Under the pieces are notes generated by a model. It saw only the letters and a program-made list of their open reading frames with translations. It had not been told where the DNA came from and did no database searches. Shown here piece after piece: positions 31,150 to 42,700 of a stretch of DNA of 64,000 bases. The stretch lies in NCBI GenBank assembly GCA_964291285.2, contig OZ219786.1:1152001-1216000 (forward strand). Reading direction: 5' to 3'. Position numbers and translations under genes: made by a program. Position 1 is the first letter of the stretch; the number at the start of each line of letters is the position of its first letter. This DNA comes from Alphaproteobacteria bacterium. Its GTDB lineage: Bacteria > Pseudomonadota > Alphaproteobacteria > Bin95.

Positions 31150-31198
31150 CATTCCATGACATGCAGGGACCCCTCGATACGCGGCTGGCGCCGCTACC

Positions 31199-33210
31199 CC
31201 GACTTCCGCAACTCGGGGGTCATGAGGATGCTAACTCATTGAATAGCCTTGATCGTCTCCCCGAGGGTCGGCACTACAAGGCGGCGAACGGAGAGGCGGC
31301 GCCGTGTGCCGTCAGGCGGAGATCCGGGGTGCGGGTTGCTGCGGCCAGGTCATGCCGAGCTGTTGCAGCAGTAGCTCGTGCTCCTTGTTCGGCCGGGTGT
31401 GGCGCGGCAGGACGAGGTGCCGGCCGTCGGTGGTTGGCAGATGGACGTCCACCATCTGGATGGTGGCGAAGGCCTCAAGGATGGCGCGTGGGGTGAGGCC
31501 CGGGGCGCGCGGCCGGGCGAGGTTCTTCAGGGTCACCAGCAGGCAGTAGGCGATGAACGAGACGAAGATATGCGCCTCGATGCGCTCTTGGCGCTGATGG
31601 AAGATGGGGCGGATCGCGAGGTCGTGCTTGAGTTCCTTGAACGCCTGCTCGATCTCGACGAGCTGCATGTACAGATGCCACAGCGTGGCGGGGTCTTCGG
31701 CGACCATGTTGGATCGCAGCAGGTAACGGCCCTCGCGGCGGCGGACCTGGCGCAGCCGGTCGCGCTGCAGGCGGAATGAGAAGCCGTTGGCGGCGAGTTC
31801 GCTGTCGGTCCCGGGCACGGTGATGTCGACCAGGCTCCAGGCCCGGCCGGCCTCCTTCCTGGCGGCGCCGAGCTTGAGCAACAACTGATCCCGGCTGTTC
31901 GACTGCCCTTGCAACTCGGCCAATCGACGCCACAGCCTCTTCAGCCGGCGCCGGCGCATGCCGCGTTCCTTCACCTGCCGCCCCTCGCTGCGCACCAGGA
32001 CGTAGAGCTCGCCATCCTCGACCAGAAGCTTGACAGTCACGGACTGGCGCACCTCCTGCCAGGGCAGGCCCAGGAACACCTTCTCGAGCCGCGTCAGCCG
32101 GCCCTTGGGCGTGCCCACCAGGTAGCGCACCGGCGCCTCGCCCTCGCGCATCGCGGCCAGCGTCTCCTCGGTGGGGATGCCGCGGTCCATGATCCACACC
32201 CGCTCGGAGCGGCCATACTGATCCTCGATCTTCTTGAGGAACGCCGCCAGCGTGGTGTCGTCGGAGGTGTTGCCCGGCATCACCTCATAGGCCAGCGGAA
32301 AGCCCTGCGGCGTAACGATCAGGGCGATCACCACCTGCACGCAGTCGGGCCGCTTGTCCCGGCTGTAGCCGAAGCGGCGCTTGTCATCGAACGGCGGATC
32401 GCTCTCGAAGTAGGTCGAGGTCAGGTCGTAGAGCAGCACGTCGAAGCGCGCCTCGAACAGCGTCGCCCAGCGGTCGCGCAGAAACGAGAAGAAGCCCTGC
32501 TTGTGCGCCAGCAGCTTGTCGAGACAGCGATAGAGTGTGTCGTCGGCGATCGCCCGCTCGCCACCCAGAAGATCGCGAAGCGCGCTGTGCTCATACCAGT
32601 GACGGTGAAGGCGCCACTCGCTGCCCGGGTCGATCAGCCGGTAGCAGACCTGGATCTTCAGGATGTCCAGCCACCGCGTGCCTTGCCGGCTCGCCGGCAG
32701 CCGCTCTTCCCAGAAGCGGTCCAGGTCCAGGCGGTCCCACAAGGACAGCGCCAGCCAGCACGCCCCCCACTGGCGCGGGTCGTGAAGCGCCACCTGCGAG
32801 AGGTCGATCTTCACCACTTCGCAAGTCAGCGCCGGCGCCTCCCGGTCCTCGGGAAACAGCGCCATCTGCCGTGATCGCGACTTGCCCTCCACCACCTCGA
32901 TCGAGCGGCACCACGCCGCTCGCTGGCTGTCGTTGATCTCCCCGAGATAGAGCACCTGACGCTGAACAACCCGACCGCCGTGGACCCGGACGTTCTCCAC
33001 AACGCTCCAGTAGCGGTGCTCCTTGCCGTCCTTGAAGCGTCTCTTGCAGCGCACGAACATCAGCGCAGCGTCCGGATCTTCGCCAGCCCGATCAAGGGGG
33101 TAGGTCGGCACTACAAGCCGGTCCCGAGAGGTACTGCACCGAAATCCGACACTTCTCGCGCCGGAAAACCGTCAAATCAGTCGATTCTCAAGCCGAGTTG
33201 CGGAAGTCGG
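31199..33210 (-). mobile_element. IS1634-family insertion sequence
   Basis: TIR CCGACTTCCGCAACTCGG at both ends; 6-bp TSD GCTACC (31193-31198 and 33211-33216). Confidence 0.9.
31312..33060 (-). CDS. IS1634-family transposase
   Basis: LYDLTSTYFE, GYSRDKRPD, MDRGI and IEQAFKELK...RPIFH. Confidence 0.92.
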   Translation of the reverse strand: MFVRCKRRFKDGKEHRYWSVVENVRVHGGRVVQRQVLYLGEINDSQRAAWCRSIEVVEGKSRSRQMALFPEDREAPALTCEVVKIDLSQVALHDPRQWGACWLALSLWDRLDLDRFWEERLPASRQGTRWLDILKIQVCYRLIDPGSEWRLHRHWYEHSALRDLLGGERAIADDTLYRCLDKLLAHKQGFFSFLRDRWATLFEARFDVLLYDLTSTYFESDPPFDDKRRFGYSRDKRPDCVQVVIALIVTPQGFPLAYEVMPGNTSDDTTLAAFLKKIEDQYGRSERVWIMDRGIPTEETLAAMREGEAPVRYLVGTPKGRLTRLEKVFLGLPWQEVRQSVTVKLLVEDGELYVLVRSEGRQVKERGMRRRRLKRLWRRLAELQGQSNSRDQLLLKLGAARKEAGRAWSLVDITVPGTDSELAANGFSFRLQRDRLRQVRRREGRYLLRSNMVAEDPATLWHLYMQLVEIEQAFKELKHDLAIRPIFHQRQERIEAHIFVSFIAYCLLVTLKNLARPRAPGLTPRAILEAFATIQMVDVHLPTTDGRHLVLPRHTRPNKEHELLLQQLGMTWPQQPAPRISA

Positions 33211-33354
33211 GCTACCCGGGATGAGTTCCGTCCGGGCCGCCATCCCCATCCCTTGTATCTCGCTGCATAGCGATGGTTGCTATGGTTTCTGTGGCGGAAG
33301 CGGACGGACGGCAGACGCCGCGCCCGCCACACCACCGTGCGCACCTGTCGGTGC

Positions 33355-33367
33355 TAACCTGTTGATA
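33355..33367 (-). promoter_or_regulatory. IHF-consensus site upstream of the integrases
   Basis: Reverse complement TATCAACAGGTTA matches WATCAR-N4-TTR exactly. Confidence 0.45.
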
Positions 33368-33458
33368 CAGCGATTGTTTTTCCTCGTGCAACAGCGGGTC
33401 GGGGGTGCAACTGCAACCGCAATGTGCCCCGCCTGCAAATGGATGCAGGAGGAAATCC

Positions 33459-34580
33459 ATGCCCAATGTCCGCCTCAAGGAAAGCCGGATCGAGGCCCTT
33501 GAACCCCGGAAGGCGCCCTACGATATCCGCGATACCGAACTGAAGGGCTTCGGTATCCGCGTCCTGCCTTCGGGCAGCAAGCGCTATTTCATTCACAGCC
33601 AGCATCAGGGCCGGCGCCTCTGGAAGACCGTCGGCGACGCTGGCAGCATGGACTTGGGCGAGGCCCGCCGGCGCGCAACGGAACTGCTTGCCGCCATCCG
33701 CCGCGACGAAACCCCCACCCTGCCGGAAGAGAGGCTCTTCGAAGCCGTGGCCGGGGAAGTCCTCTTCCGCTACGGGCGGAACTGGAAGCCCGGAACCATG
33801 AAGGTCAACCGGGACTATCTGCGCAGCACGATCCTTCCCCGGTTCGGCGGGATGAACATCGCCGACATCACCCGGCAGGATGTGCAGAACTGGTTCGCCT
33901 CCCTTCGCGCGACGCCGGTGGCGGCCGACCGGTCCGCGCCGATCCTGTCCGTCATCATGCGCCAGGCCGAGGTTTACGGCTACCGCCCGGAGGGCAGCAA
34001 TCCCTGCATCGGCATCCGCCGCTACCGGCGCAAGGGAAGGGAGCGGTTCCTGTCGGAGGCGGAGTTGCACCGTCTCGCACGAGTGCTGGACAGTAATGAA
34101 GCGCGGCATTCGCGCGAAGTGGCGTTCGTGCGCCTGCTGCTGCTGACCGGCTGCCGCAAGAGCGAGATACTGACCCTGCAATGGTCCGACTGCCGCGAGG
34201 GGCGCCTGTTCCTGCGCGACGGCAAGACCGGGCCCCGGACCGTCTGGCTGTCTTCGCCCGCGCGCACCGTCCTGGACGGGCTTCCCCGGCAGGGCAAATG
34301 GGTCTTCCCCTCGCCGCAGAGGCAGGGGCCGGTATCCGCAACCGTCTTCGACAAGTTCTGGAGCCGGGTCCGGGAGGAGGCGGACATTGGCGATGTCCGG
34401 CTTCATGATCTCCGCCATACATATGCCAGCATCGCCATCATGGGGGGCGAGACCGTCACGGCGACGGCGCGGCTGCTCGGGCACAACGACGCGCAGACGA
34501 CACTGAAATACGCCCACCTGTCCGACCGTTCGGTCCGGGAGGCCGCCGACGCTCTCGGCTCGATTCTCGGGGAGGGCTGA
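33459..34580 (+). CDS. Tyrosine recombinase/integrase 1 with N-terminal arm-binding domain
   Basis: D.ELKGFGIRV.PSG; TGCRKSE, KTG, HDLRH, LLGH and KYAH; RBS AGGAGG. Confidence 0.92.
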   Translation: MPNVRLKESRIEALEPRKAPYDIRDTELKGFGIRVLPSGSKRYFIHSQHQGRRLWKTVGDAGSMDLGEARRRATELLAAIRRDETPTLPEERLFEAVAGEVLFRYGRNWKPGTMKVNRDYLRSTILPRFGGMNIADITRQDVQNWFASLRATPVAADRSAPILSVIMRQAEVYGYRPEGSNPCIGIRRYRRKGRERFLSEAELHRLARVLDSNEARHSREVAFVRLLLLTGCRKSEILTLQWSDCREGRLFLRDGKTGPRTVWLSSPARTVLDGLPRQGKWVFPSPQRQGPVSATVFDKFWSRVREEADIGDVRLHDLRHTYASIAIMGGETVTATARLLGHNDAQTTLKYAHLSDRSVREAADALGSILGEG

Positions 34581-34583
34581 TCC

Positions 34584-35750
34584 ATGCCGAGGCGGAAAAG
34601 GCTCACCGACGCCGGCATCGCAAGGCTCCGGGCCGGGGCGCGAGAATATACGGTCTGGGACACCGGGGTCGCCGGGCTCGGGGTCAGGGTCCGCCCCTCC
34701 GGCAGCCGGACCTTCATCTACCACCGCAAGACGGCCGACGGGTTGCGGAAGATGTCCCTCGGCCCGGCGGCGCTGCGCAAGGTCGCGGATGTGCGCCGCG
34801 CCTGCATGGAGGCCGCATCCGGGGCTGTCGCCGCCGTCGGGATAGTCGAACGTCCTCGCGAGAGGGCGCCGCTGTTCCGGGATTTCGTGGCTGGCCCCTG
34901 GAAGGCGGCCCGTTTCGACCGCTGCAAGCCCTCCACGCAGAAGGGATTCAAGAGCAATCTGGAGCGCCGGTTGCTTCCGGCCTTCGGTTCCCGGCGCCTC
35001 GACCGCATCACGCGCCCCATGGTGCTCCGCTGGTTCGAGGACTACAGCAGAACGGCGCCCGGCAACGCCAACAAGGCACTCGCCCTGCTGCGGCAGATCC
35101 TCAACCATGCCCGCGCCTGCGGGTATATCGAAGCCAACCCGGTGCGCGGCATCCGCCGCAATCCTGGCCGGAAGATGACGCGCTTCCTGTCCCGCGAGGA
35201 AATCGCCCGGCTTCACCGCGTCCTCGACCGGTATGCCCAAGGGACGGTCTCGCAGGCGCAGCAGGCCGACATCATCCGCCTGCTGCTGCTCACAGGCTGC
35301 CGCAAGAACGAGATCGTCTGTCTCCGCCGGGAGGAAGTGAGGGACGACCGGCTCGAACTTGCAGACGCCAAGACGGGACCGAGAACGGTCCTGCTGAACG
35401 CGCCGGCACGGGAGATCGTCGCGCGCCGGATGCGGCAGGGAAACGGCCCTTGGGTCTTCCCCTCCGTCAGGGACCCGTCCCGTCCCCGGTCGCACGAGCT
35501 CCACCTCTGGTATCGGGTGCGGCGCGAAGCCGGCATCGAGGATGTGCGCCTGCACGACCTGCGCCATACCGTGGCCAGCCAGGCGGCGATGAACGGCGTT
35601 CCCCTGCCGGTCGTCGCCCGCCTGCTCGGTCACAGCAACGTGCGGATGACCATGCGCTATGCCCATGTCGGAGACCGCGAGATCGAGGCGGCGGCGGAGA
35701 GGGTCGGGCAAGCCATCGCAGCAATGTTGGGCGAGGAACGAAGCCGCTGA
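34584..35750 (+). CDS. Tyrosine recombinase/integrase 2 (paralogue of integrase 1)
   Basis: WD..V.GLGVRV.PSG; TGCRKNE, KTG, HDLRH, LLGH and RYAH. Confidence 0.92.
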   Translation: MPRRKRLTDAGIARLRAGAREYTVWDTGVAGLGVRVRPSGSRTFIYHRKTADGLRKMSLGPAALRKVADVRRACMEAASGAVAAVGIVERPRERAPLFRDFVAGPWKAARFDRCKPSTQKGFKSNLERRLLPAFGSRRLDRITRPMVLRWFEDYSRTAPGNANKALALLRQILNHARACGYIEANPVRGIRRNPGRKMTRFLSREEIARLHRVLDRYAQGTVSQAQQADIIRLLLLTGCRKNEIVCLRREEVRDDRLELADAKTGPRTVLLNAPAREIVARRMRQGNGPWVFPSVRDPSRPRSHELHLWYRVRREAGIEDVRLHDLRHTVASQAAMNGVPLPVVARLLGHSNVRMTMRYAHVGDREIEAAAERVGQAIAAMLGEERSR

Positions 35751-35819
35751 CCCGAAGCACGGCGGTACGGTGACACCATGAATCGCCTTAAAGTCCCCGC
35801 TGAACGGAAATACACCGGT

Positions 35820-36375
35820 GCGTCGGAATTGAAGGTGAGGCGTCGCAGTCGCAATTCATCGACCTGTGCCAGCTGCTCGGTGAGTCGACGCCGACCCGGC
35901 GGGCGAGTGGTGCTGCTTCGAGCGCGGCATGCGGAAGGACAGCGGCGACGACGGTTGGGCCGATGTGTGGAAGCGCGGCTGCTTCGCTTGGGAGTACAAG
36001 GGCAAGCACGCCGACCTCGACGCGGCGTTCAACCAGCTTCGCCAGTACGCGCTTGCGCTGGATAACCCGCCGCTGCTGATCGTCTCGGACATGGCGCGGT
36101 TCGACATCCACATCCGCACCAACTGGGCAAACAGCGTGAGCGTGACGCACGAGTTCGCACTCGACAACCTCGCCGAAGGCGCGACATTCCACCTCTACCG
36201 CGTGGAAATCGAGACGGTGCTCGACTGGTCGGAGACCGCCCGGTCGATCCTCGGTGCGCTGTTCGAGCACAGCCTCGGCCCGGACAAGCGCTCGCAACTC
36301 GGGGCGCACTACACCGACCGCGACAAGATAATGGCCATTGTCGAGCCGGTGGTGGTCCGACCGCTGCTCGCGCAT
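35820..36375 (+). pseudogene. Remnant of MmeI-like (type IIG/IIL) restriction-methyltransferase
   Basis: FIDLCQLLGESTP, GWADVWKRGCFAWEYKG, LDNPPLLIVSD, then a jump to SILGALFE...RSQLGAHYTD; frameshifted and truncated. Confidence 0.7.
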
Positions 36376-36757
36376 CATCAGCGTCATGCTGCCGGTGGCC
36401 TTGGTTCTGGCGGCGATGCTGACGGCGGCAGCGCGGGCTGTTGCGGGACAACAGCCCAGGGCGCCTGTCGTCCAGGCTCGGCTACCTGTCGGTTGCGGCT
36501 TGCGCGGCCCTGCTGGTCCGGACGGTGGACCTGTTCGAGATCATCGCGCTGGCGTCGCGGGCCTTCGCGGCCTACTATTTTCTGCATACGCTGCTGGCGC
36601 TCGTCTGCACCTACAGGGGAAGGTCACCAACGGGATCCTGTTCGCCGCTGGCGGCGATCCTAGCCTGCATGGCCGTATCACGCCATCCCGGCCAGCTGAC
36701 GGCGCACTCAAGGTCGAAGGTATTGCAGAGTGGGAGCATAGGAGGGAGGAAGGAGCC

Positions 36758-39700
36758 TTGCCAAACAGCAATCCCGACATCGAAACATCGGGCGAGCATA
36801 CCGAGCCTGCGGTCGTAACGCTCCGCCATCGCGCGTTGCAGCGCGTCAACTTTGCTTCGGCACAGAACGATGTCGCGATTATAGAGGAAATCAGTATCGA
36901 TAATCCAACCGATGCAGCGCTCACCGACGTCAGGGTCACCCTTCGGGCTTCCCCTCCCATCATCCGCGAAAAGACCTGGACAATCGATCGGATCGCGCCT
37001 GAATCACAACATGCGCTGCGCGACCTTTCCACCCCGCTCGACATAGAACGGCTGCGGGGCCTCGACGAGGCGGAAATCGGCGAACTCGAATTCCGCATGG
37101 AGGCGCAGGGACTTCGGACGATTGTCGAGAAGCGCCGGGTCGAGTTGCTTGCCCGCGATGAATGGGGTGGCGTGGGAGACATGGCTCAGATCCTCGCAGC
37201 CTTCGTCTCTCCGAATGATCCTGCCGTAGCCCGTGTCCTGAAGGATGCCGCACGTCTGCTGGAGAGCGCAGGCCGCGACGGTTCAATGAACGGTTACCAG
37301 TCGGGCGACCCGCGCCGCGCTTACATGCTCGCTGGCGCGATCTGGTCGGCGGCTACTGGCCTCGCGCTGAATTATGCCGAGCCGCCGGCATCCTTCGAGA
37401 GAGAAGGCCAGAAGGTCAGGGGGCCGGAACGCGTTACCCGCGAGGGTCTCGCCACCTGTCTGGACACAACGCTCTTCCTTGCCGCGGCCTTTGAGGCGGC
37501 AGGTCTCAACCCCGTCGTTCTCTTTTCGCAGGGCCATGCGTGGGTCGGAGTCTGGATCGTCAAGAAGGATTTCGGCAATTTGACGGAGCCCGATGTGGTT
37601 GCCGTCCGCAAGGCCACGCAGGCTCGCGAGTTTGTTTCTATCGAGACGTCGCTGCTCACCGCACGCCCCTCCATTTCATTCGATCAGGCGGAGGATGAGG
37701 GCCGTCGTCGTCTCACCGAGAAACGCGATCCCGAGTTCGTGATGGCTGTGGATATCGCCCGGTGTCGTGCCGCGCGCATTCGTCCTCTCGCAAGCCACCA
37801 GGACGCGGATTCCTCCGAATCCGATGCGATCGACGAGACCGTTCCCGCAGCACTACCGCCAGAACCGAACTTCGGGTCGCTCCCGGGCGAAGTCAGTGAA
37901 GAGGAACCCGAGACGCCTCAGGGTCGCATCGAGCGGTGGCAACGCAAGCTTCTTGATCTCTCGCTCCGCAACCGTCTCCTCAACTACCGTGACAGCAAGC
38001 AAACGCTTCCCTTGCGCTGTCCGGACACGGCCGCCTTCGAAGACGAACTCGCCGCTGGAAAGAAGTTTCAGGGATTTTCCCTGCAAGACAACGACCCGAT
38101 CCGCGATCGGGCAGTCTCCCCGGAGGAAGCACAGCGAATCGAGGAAGAAGTCATACGGGATGCCTTCGAACGCGATCAGATCGTGGTGCCACTCGCCGGG
38201 CGGGAGATGGAAAACCGACTGACCACGCTCTACCGCCGCGCACGGAGCGACATGCAAGAGGGCGGTACGAATACGCTTTTTCTTGCCGCGGGGTTTCTCC
38301 GATGGAAGAAAAAGGAGGGCGATACCCGCTCCTATCGGGCGCCTCTTCTACTCATTCCTGTCAAGCTAGAGCGCCGATCTGCGCAATCTCCGGTTCGCAT
38401 CGCGCGCCACGAGGACGACGTCCGAATCAACTCGACTCTGGTCGAGTTCCTGAAATGCGACTTTGCCCTCCACATCCCGGAACTTGAGGGTGAACTGCCA
38501 CGCGATCGCAGCGGGGTCGACGTCCCGCGAATACTTGGAATCATGCGCCAGAAGGTACGTGACGTCGCGGGTTTCGAGGTGATCGAAGAACTTGCGCTTT
38601 CGACCTTTTCGTTCGCGAAGCATCTCATGTGGAAGGATCTGGTCGACCGCACAGACCAGCTTCGGCAGAATCGGCTGGCAAAACATCTTATAGACGGTGC
38701 CGCAGAGACTTACCCAGATATGGGTATGGGAGATGGTTCTTCCATTGTGCCGAAGGAGATAGATCGTCGGCTCGCGCCGCGGGATCTGCTGACCCCTTTG
38801 TCCGCGGACAGTTCGCAACTCGCAGCTGTGCTGGCTGCCAGGGAAGGCCGTGATTTTGTGCTTGTCGGTCCTCCGGGCACGGGAAAGAGCCAGACCATCA
38901 CAAACATCATCGCGCAGTGTCTGGGCGAGGGAAAAACCGTGCTTTTCGTTGCTGAAAAAGCGGCGGCGCTCGATGTAGTCCACCGCCGGCTCGAGAGAAC
39001 GGGGCTCAGCGACGCCGTGCTGGAACTGCACTCGAACAAGACGGATCGGAAGTCCGTCCTCGCACAACTCGGACGGGGATGGGATCGGGCTTCGGGCGGT
39101 TCGGGAGAAGATTGGATCGACGTGACCGAAAAGCTGAAGCTCTCCCGGGACAAGTTGAACGCCTACGTCGAGGCACTTCATGCCAAAGGAACACAGGGGT
39201 TCAGCGCGTTCGACGCGATCGCTCTGGTCGCTCAGGGTGAGCCGCCTTTCAAAATCTCCTTCGCGTCCAAGGATGCGCACGACGAGCGGAGTTACAAGCG
39301 CTTGGCGGAGCTTGCTGCTGAGCTTGGGCGGACGCACGGGGTGGTTGGGGGCGGCCCTCCTATCGGGCTGGTTGTCCGCCAGGAATTCTCCAACCTATGG
39401 CAAAGAGAATTCCTGGAAGCCACCCAGTCCCTGCGAGCGGCGCTCGCCGAACTGCAACGCGCAGAGCGTGCACTGGCTTGTGAAATTGGACTTTACGCGG
39501 ACCTCAAACTTCAAGCAGAACGCCGCGCGCGGCTCAAGGCACTCGCGTCTCGCGCAGAGAGCGAAGCACTTGATCTCTCATCCGTACCGAACATGCCGGC
39601 CGACCGCCTGTCTTCCTTAGCGGAGGAATTGACAACGAATGTCAAGGGGTTGGCTACCGAAAGCACTAAAACAATTGCCACATATCCGCTTGACGCGGTA

Positions 39701-42700
39701 CGCCGCATGCCGCTTGAGCAATTGGATTCAGGTTGGCGCGAAGCTCAAACGAAGATATGGCCGGCCTCCGCATTTGCGAAGAGAAAAATCCGGAAACTCT
39801 TGCAGACCTACGCTGAGACCGGAGCGGTTGATCCAGGTACGGACTTGAAGGCACTCTTCAAAATGCGCGAGCGCGACACAGCGATCCAGGAGAGCCCCTT
39901 GGTATCAATCGCGGAGACCGGCGGGCGAACGGATACAAACCGTTCGACCGAAGCCGTTCGTCAAGCAATTGAACTTCGTGCCGCTCTGGCGGCTCTGAGT
40001 TTGGACGTCGAAGACTCGACTCGTTTCGAGGCGGCGACCTCTGCCCTTGCTACCGGATCGGGCGAAACCGTTCTGAAAGCACTTCAAGACTATCTGAAGG
40101 CAGAGAAGGCGGCTGACGACGGCACCCACACGTTTGTGCGCAAGGACGGCATATCCCTTGATGGGGCAAGCGTTGCCGACTTCGCCGCCGGCCTTGAAAT
40201 GGTGATGGCAGAACGGACACGTCTCCAAGACTGGACCAAGTGGATAAAGCGAAGCAACGAAGGTTCGGCCGCAGGTCTCGGTTCCTTCGTCAAAGCCCTC
40301 GAAGACAGACAAATCGAGGGGGATGCCGAACACGCATTCAAACGAGCATACGCAGCCTGGTGGCTCCCCCTTGCAATGGATGCGCGTGACGAGCTTCGGG
40401 GGTTCACGCAATGGGAACACGAGCGGGTCATAGAGACCTTTCGCAAACTCGACGAAACTGCGGCAGAACTGGCACCGGTCGAGGTGATGCGGCGTATCGT
40501 GCATGGGTTGCCCGTGAAGGAGAGCGTCCCCAAGAAATCTGAACTCGGGACACTCCGCCACCAGTTGAGCCTTGAGCGCCCCTCCCTGCCAATTCGGCAG
40601 CTTCTGACGAGCCTCCCCGAAACATTCGGGAAACTCGCGCCGTGCGTTCTGATGTCTCCGCTTTCGGTGGCCCAATATCTGCCGACGCACCAAGCCAGCT
40701 TCGATATAGTCATCTTTGACGAGGCTTCGCAGATCACAACTTGGGATGCAATTGGCGCGATAGCGCGAGGTCGTCAGACGATCATCGTGGGCGACTCCAA
40801 GCAGCTGCCTCCCACGAACTTCTTTGGGCGAGCCAATGACGATGACGAAGATCTGCCGGAAGTTGAGCGCGACATGCCTTCGATTCTCGATGAAGCCGGT
40901 GCCGCTGGAATGCCCTCCCATAGTCTCAATTGGCACTATCGAAGCCGCGATGAGGCATTGATCGCCTTTTCCAACAACCGCTATTACGACGGCAGATTGG
41001 TAACCTTCCCGGCCCCGTTCTCTGGTTCAGATGCAATCAGGTTCCATAAAGTGAACGGCACATATACGCGGGGACAGGGCCGTATCAACCAAGACGAAGC
41101 GGAGGCCGTAGCCAAGGCGGTGAAGCGGCATCTCACGGATTGGCTTACAATCCCAAAAGACAAACGTCATACACTCGGGGTCATCACCTTCAATGCCGAG
41201 CAGCAGTCGCTCATTCTGGATATGCTCGACGACATCCGTCGGAACAACGAGGCGTTTGAGTGGTTCTTCGCCGATGATCGCGAGGAACCGGTCATCGTCA
41301 AGAATCTCGAGAACATCCAAGGGGACGAGCGCGACGTGATGATGCTCTCAGTGACGTTTGGGCCCGATCTCGCCGGCAAGTTTACCATGAACTTCGGACC
41401 GATCAACGGGGAGGGCGGAGAAAAGCGCCTCAATGTTGCGGTCACCCGTGCCCGGCGAGAGCTCCACGTGTTTTCCTCGATCCGGGCTGAGCAGATCGAT
41501 CTTGGACGCACCCGTGCTGCAGGAGTGCGCGACCTGAAGGCGTTTCTTGATTATGCCGAGCGTGGACCTATGGCGCTTCCTGCGAGTGACGAGGGGTCGC
41601 TCGGTCCTGCCGAGAGCCCCTTTGAGAAAGCAGTGGCGGATGCCCTCGGTGCCAAGGGGTGGGAAGTTCGAACCCAAATCGGCGTGTCCGGTTTCCGCGT
41701 AGACCTCGGCATCTTGCACCCCGACTATGCCGGCAGATACCTCGCCGGCATCGAGTGCGATGGGGCGAGATATCACTCCTCGGCAACCGCCCGCGACCGG
41801 GACAGGATTCGGCAAGCCGTGCTGGAAGACCTGGGCTGGACGATTCTCCGGGTTTGGTCGACCGACTGGTTTCATAGTCCATCGCGTGTCACGGACCGCA
41901 TTCACTGTGAACTCGTACAACGCGTTGAGGAGAACCGACAGGCTCGGGCAACGGTCGAAGTGGACGAACAAACGACAGAAGCCGAATTGAGCGAGAATTC
42001 GGGCGATAGCGCGGAGATAGTCCTGAGTGCTTTGCCCGAACCCACGCACAATCTGGTCGCGAAGGAACAGGATACGGACGGCACCCGAAAAGAAGAACCC
42101 TTACATCCCATTGGCAACCTTGATGGAAACCCAGACACGGCCCATTTATCCGCTTCGAAAGCCAGCAGCGGCGAGAACGCTATACCAATTACCGTCGCGC
42201 CAATCTTTCAGGCAGCGCCCGGTACAGCGTCAGGTCCCTCTTTTGCAGAGTCTTCCACGGGTACGCATCAGGACGATGTCATTGCGGATGCTGATCTGTT
42301 CTTCGATTCAAATTACGTTCCGGTTCTGCACCGGCTCATCCGCCGCATAGTCGATCACGAGGGACCGATCACGCTGCATCGGCTGGCCCGCCGGGTGGCG
42401 CAAGAGCACGGATGGCATCGAACCGGAAAGCGTATTCAGGAGCAGGTGCGGAAACACCTCCGATCTGTAGAGCGTCACCGCGAGTTCGGCACCGACTTTG
42501 TCTGGGTGCCCGGGAGCCACTCCGACCGAGTGCCGTTCCGGGGGCTGAATGGTCGCCCGATCCGGGAGATTTCCCGAACAGAGATCGCTGCGGTCATCGA
42601 TACACACGCGCATGATTTGGCGAACGAAGAAGATGCAATTTTAGCGCTTTCCCGTTTCCTCGGCATTCAACGGCTTAGCAAGGATGCACGCAACTATCTT

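Noticed and set aside
36338-36757. N-terminal 140 aa of the 2137-aa ORF
   Set aside because: Overlaps pseudogene debris; strong RBS and a composition shift support the TTG start at 36758
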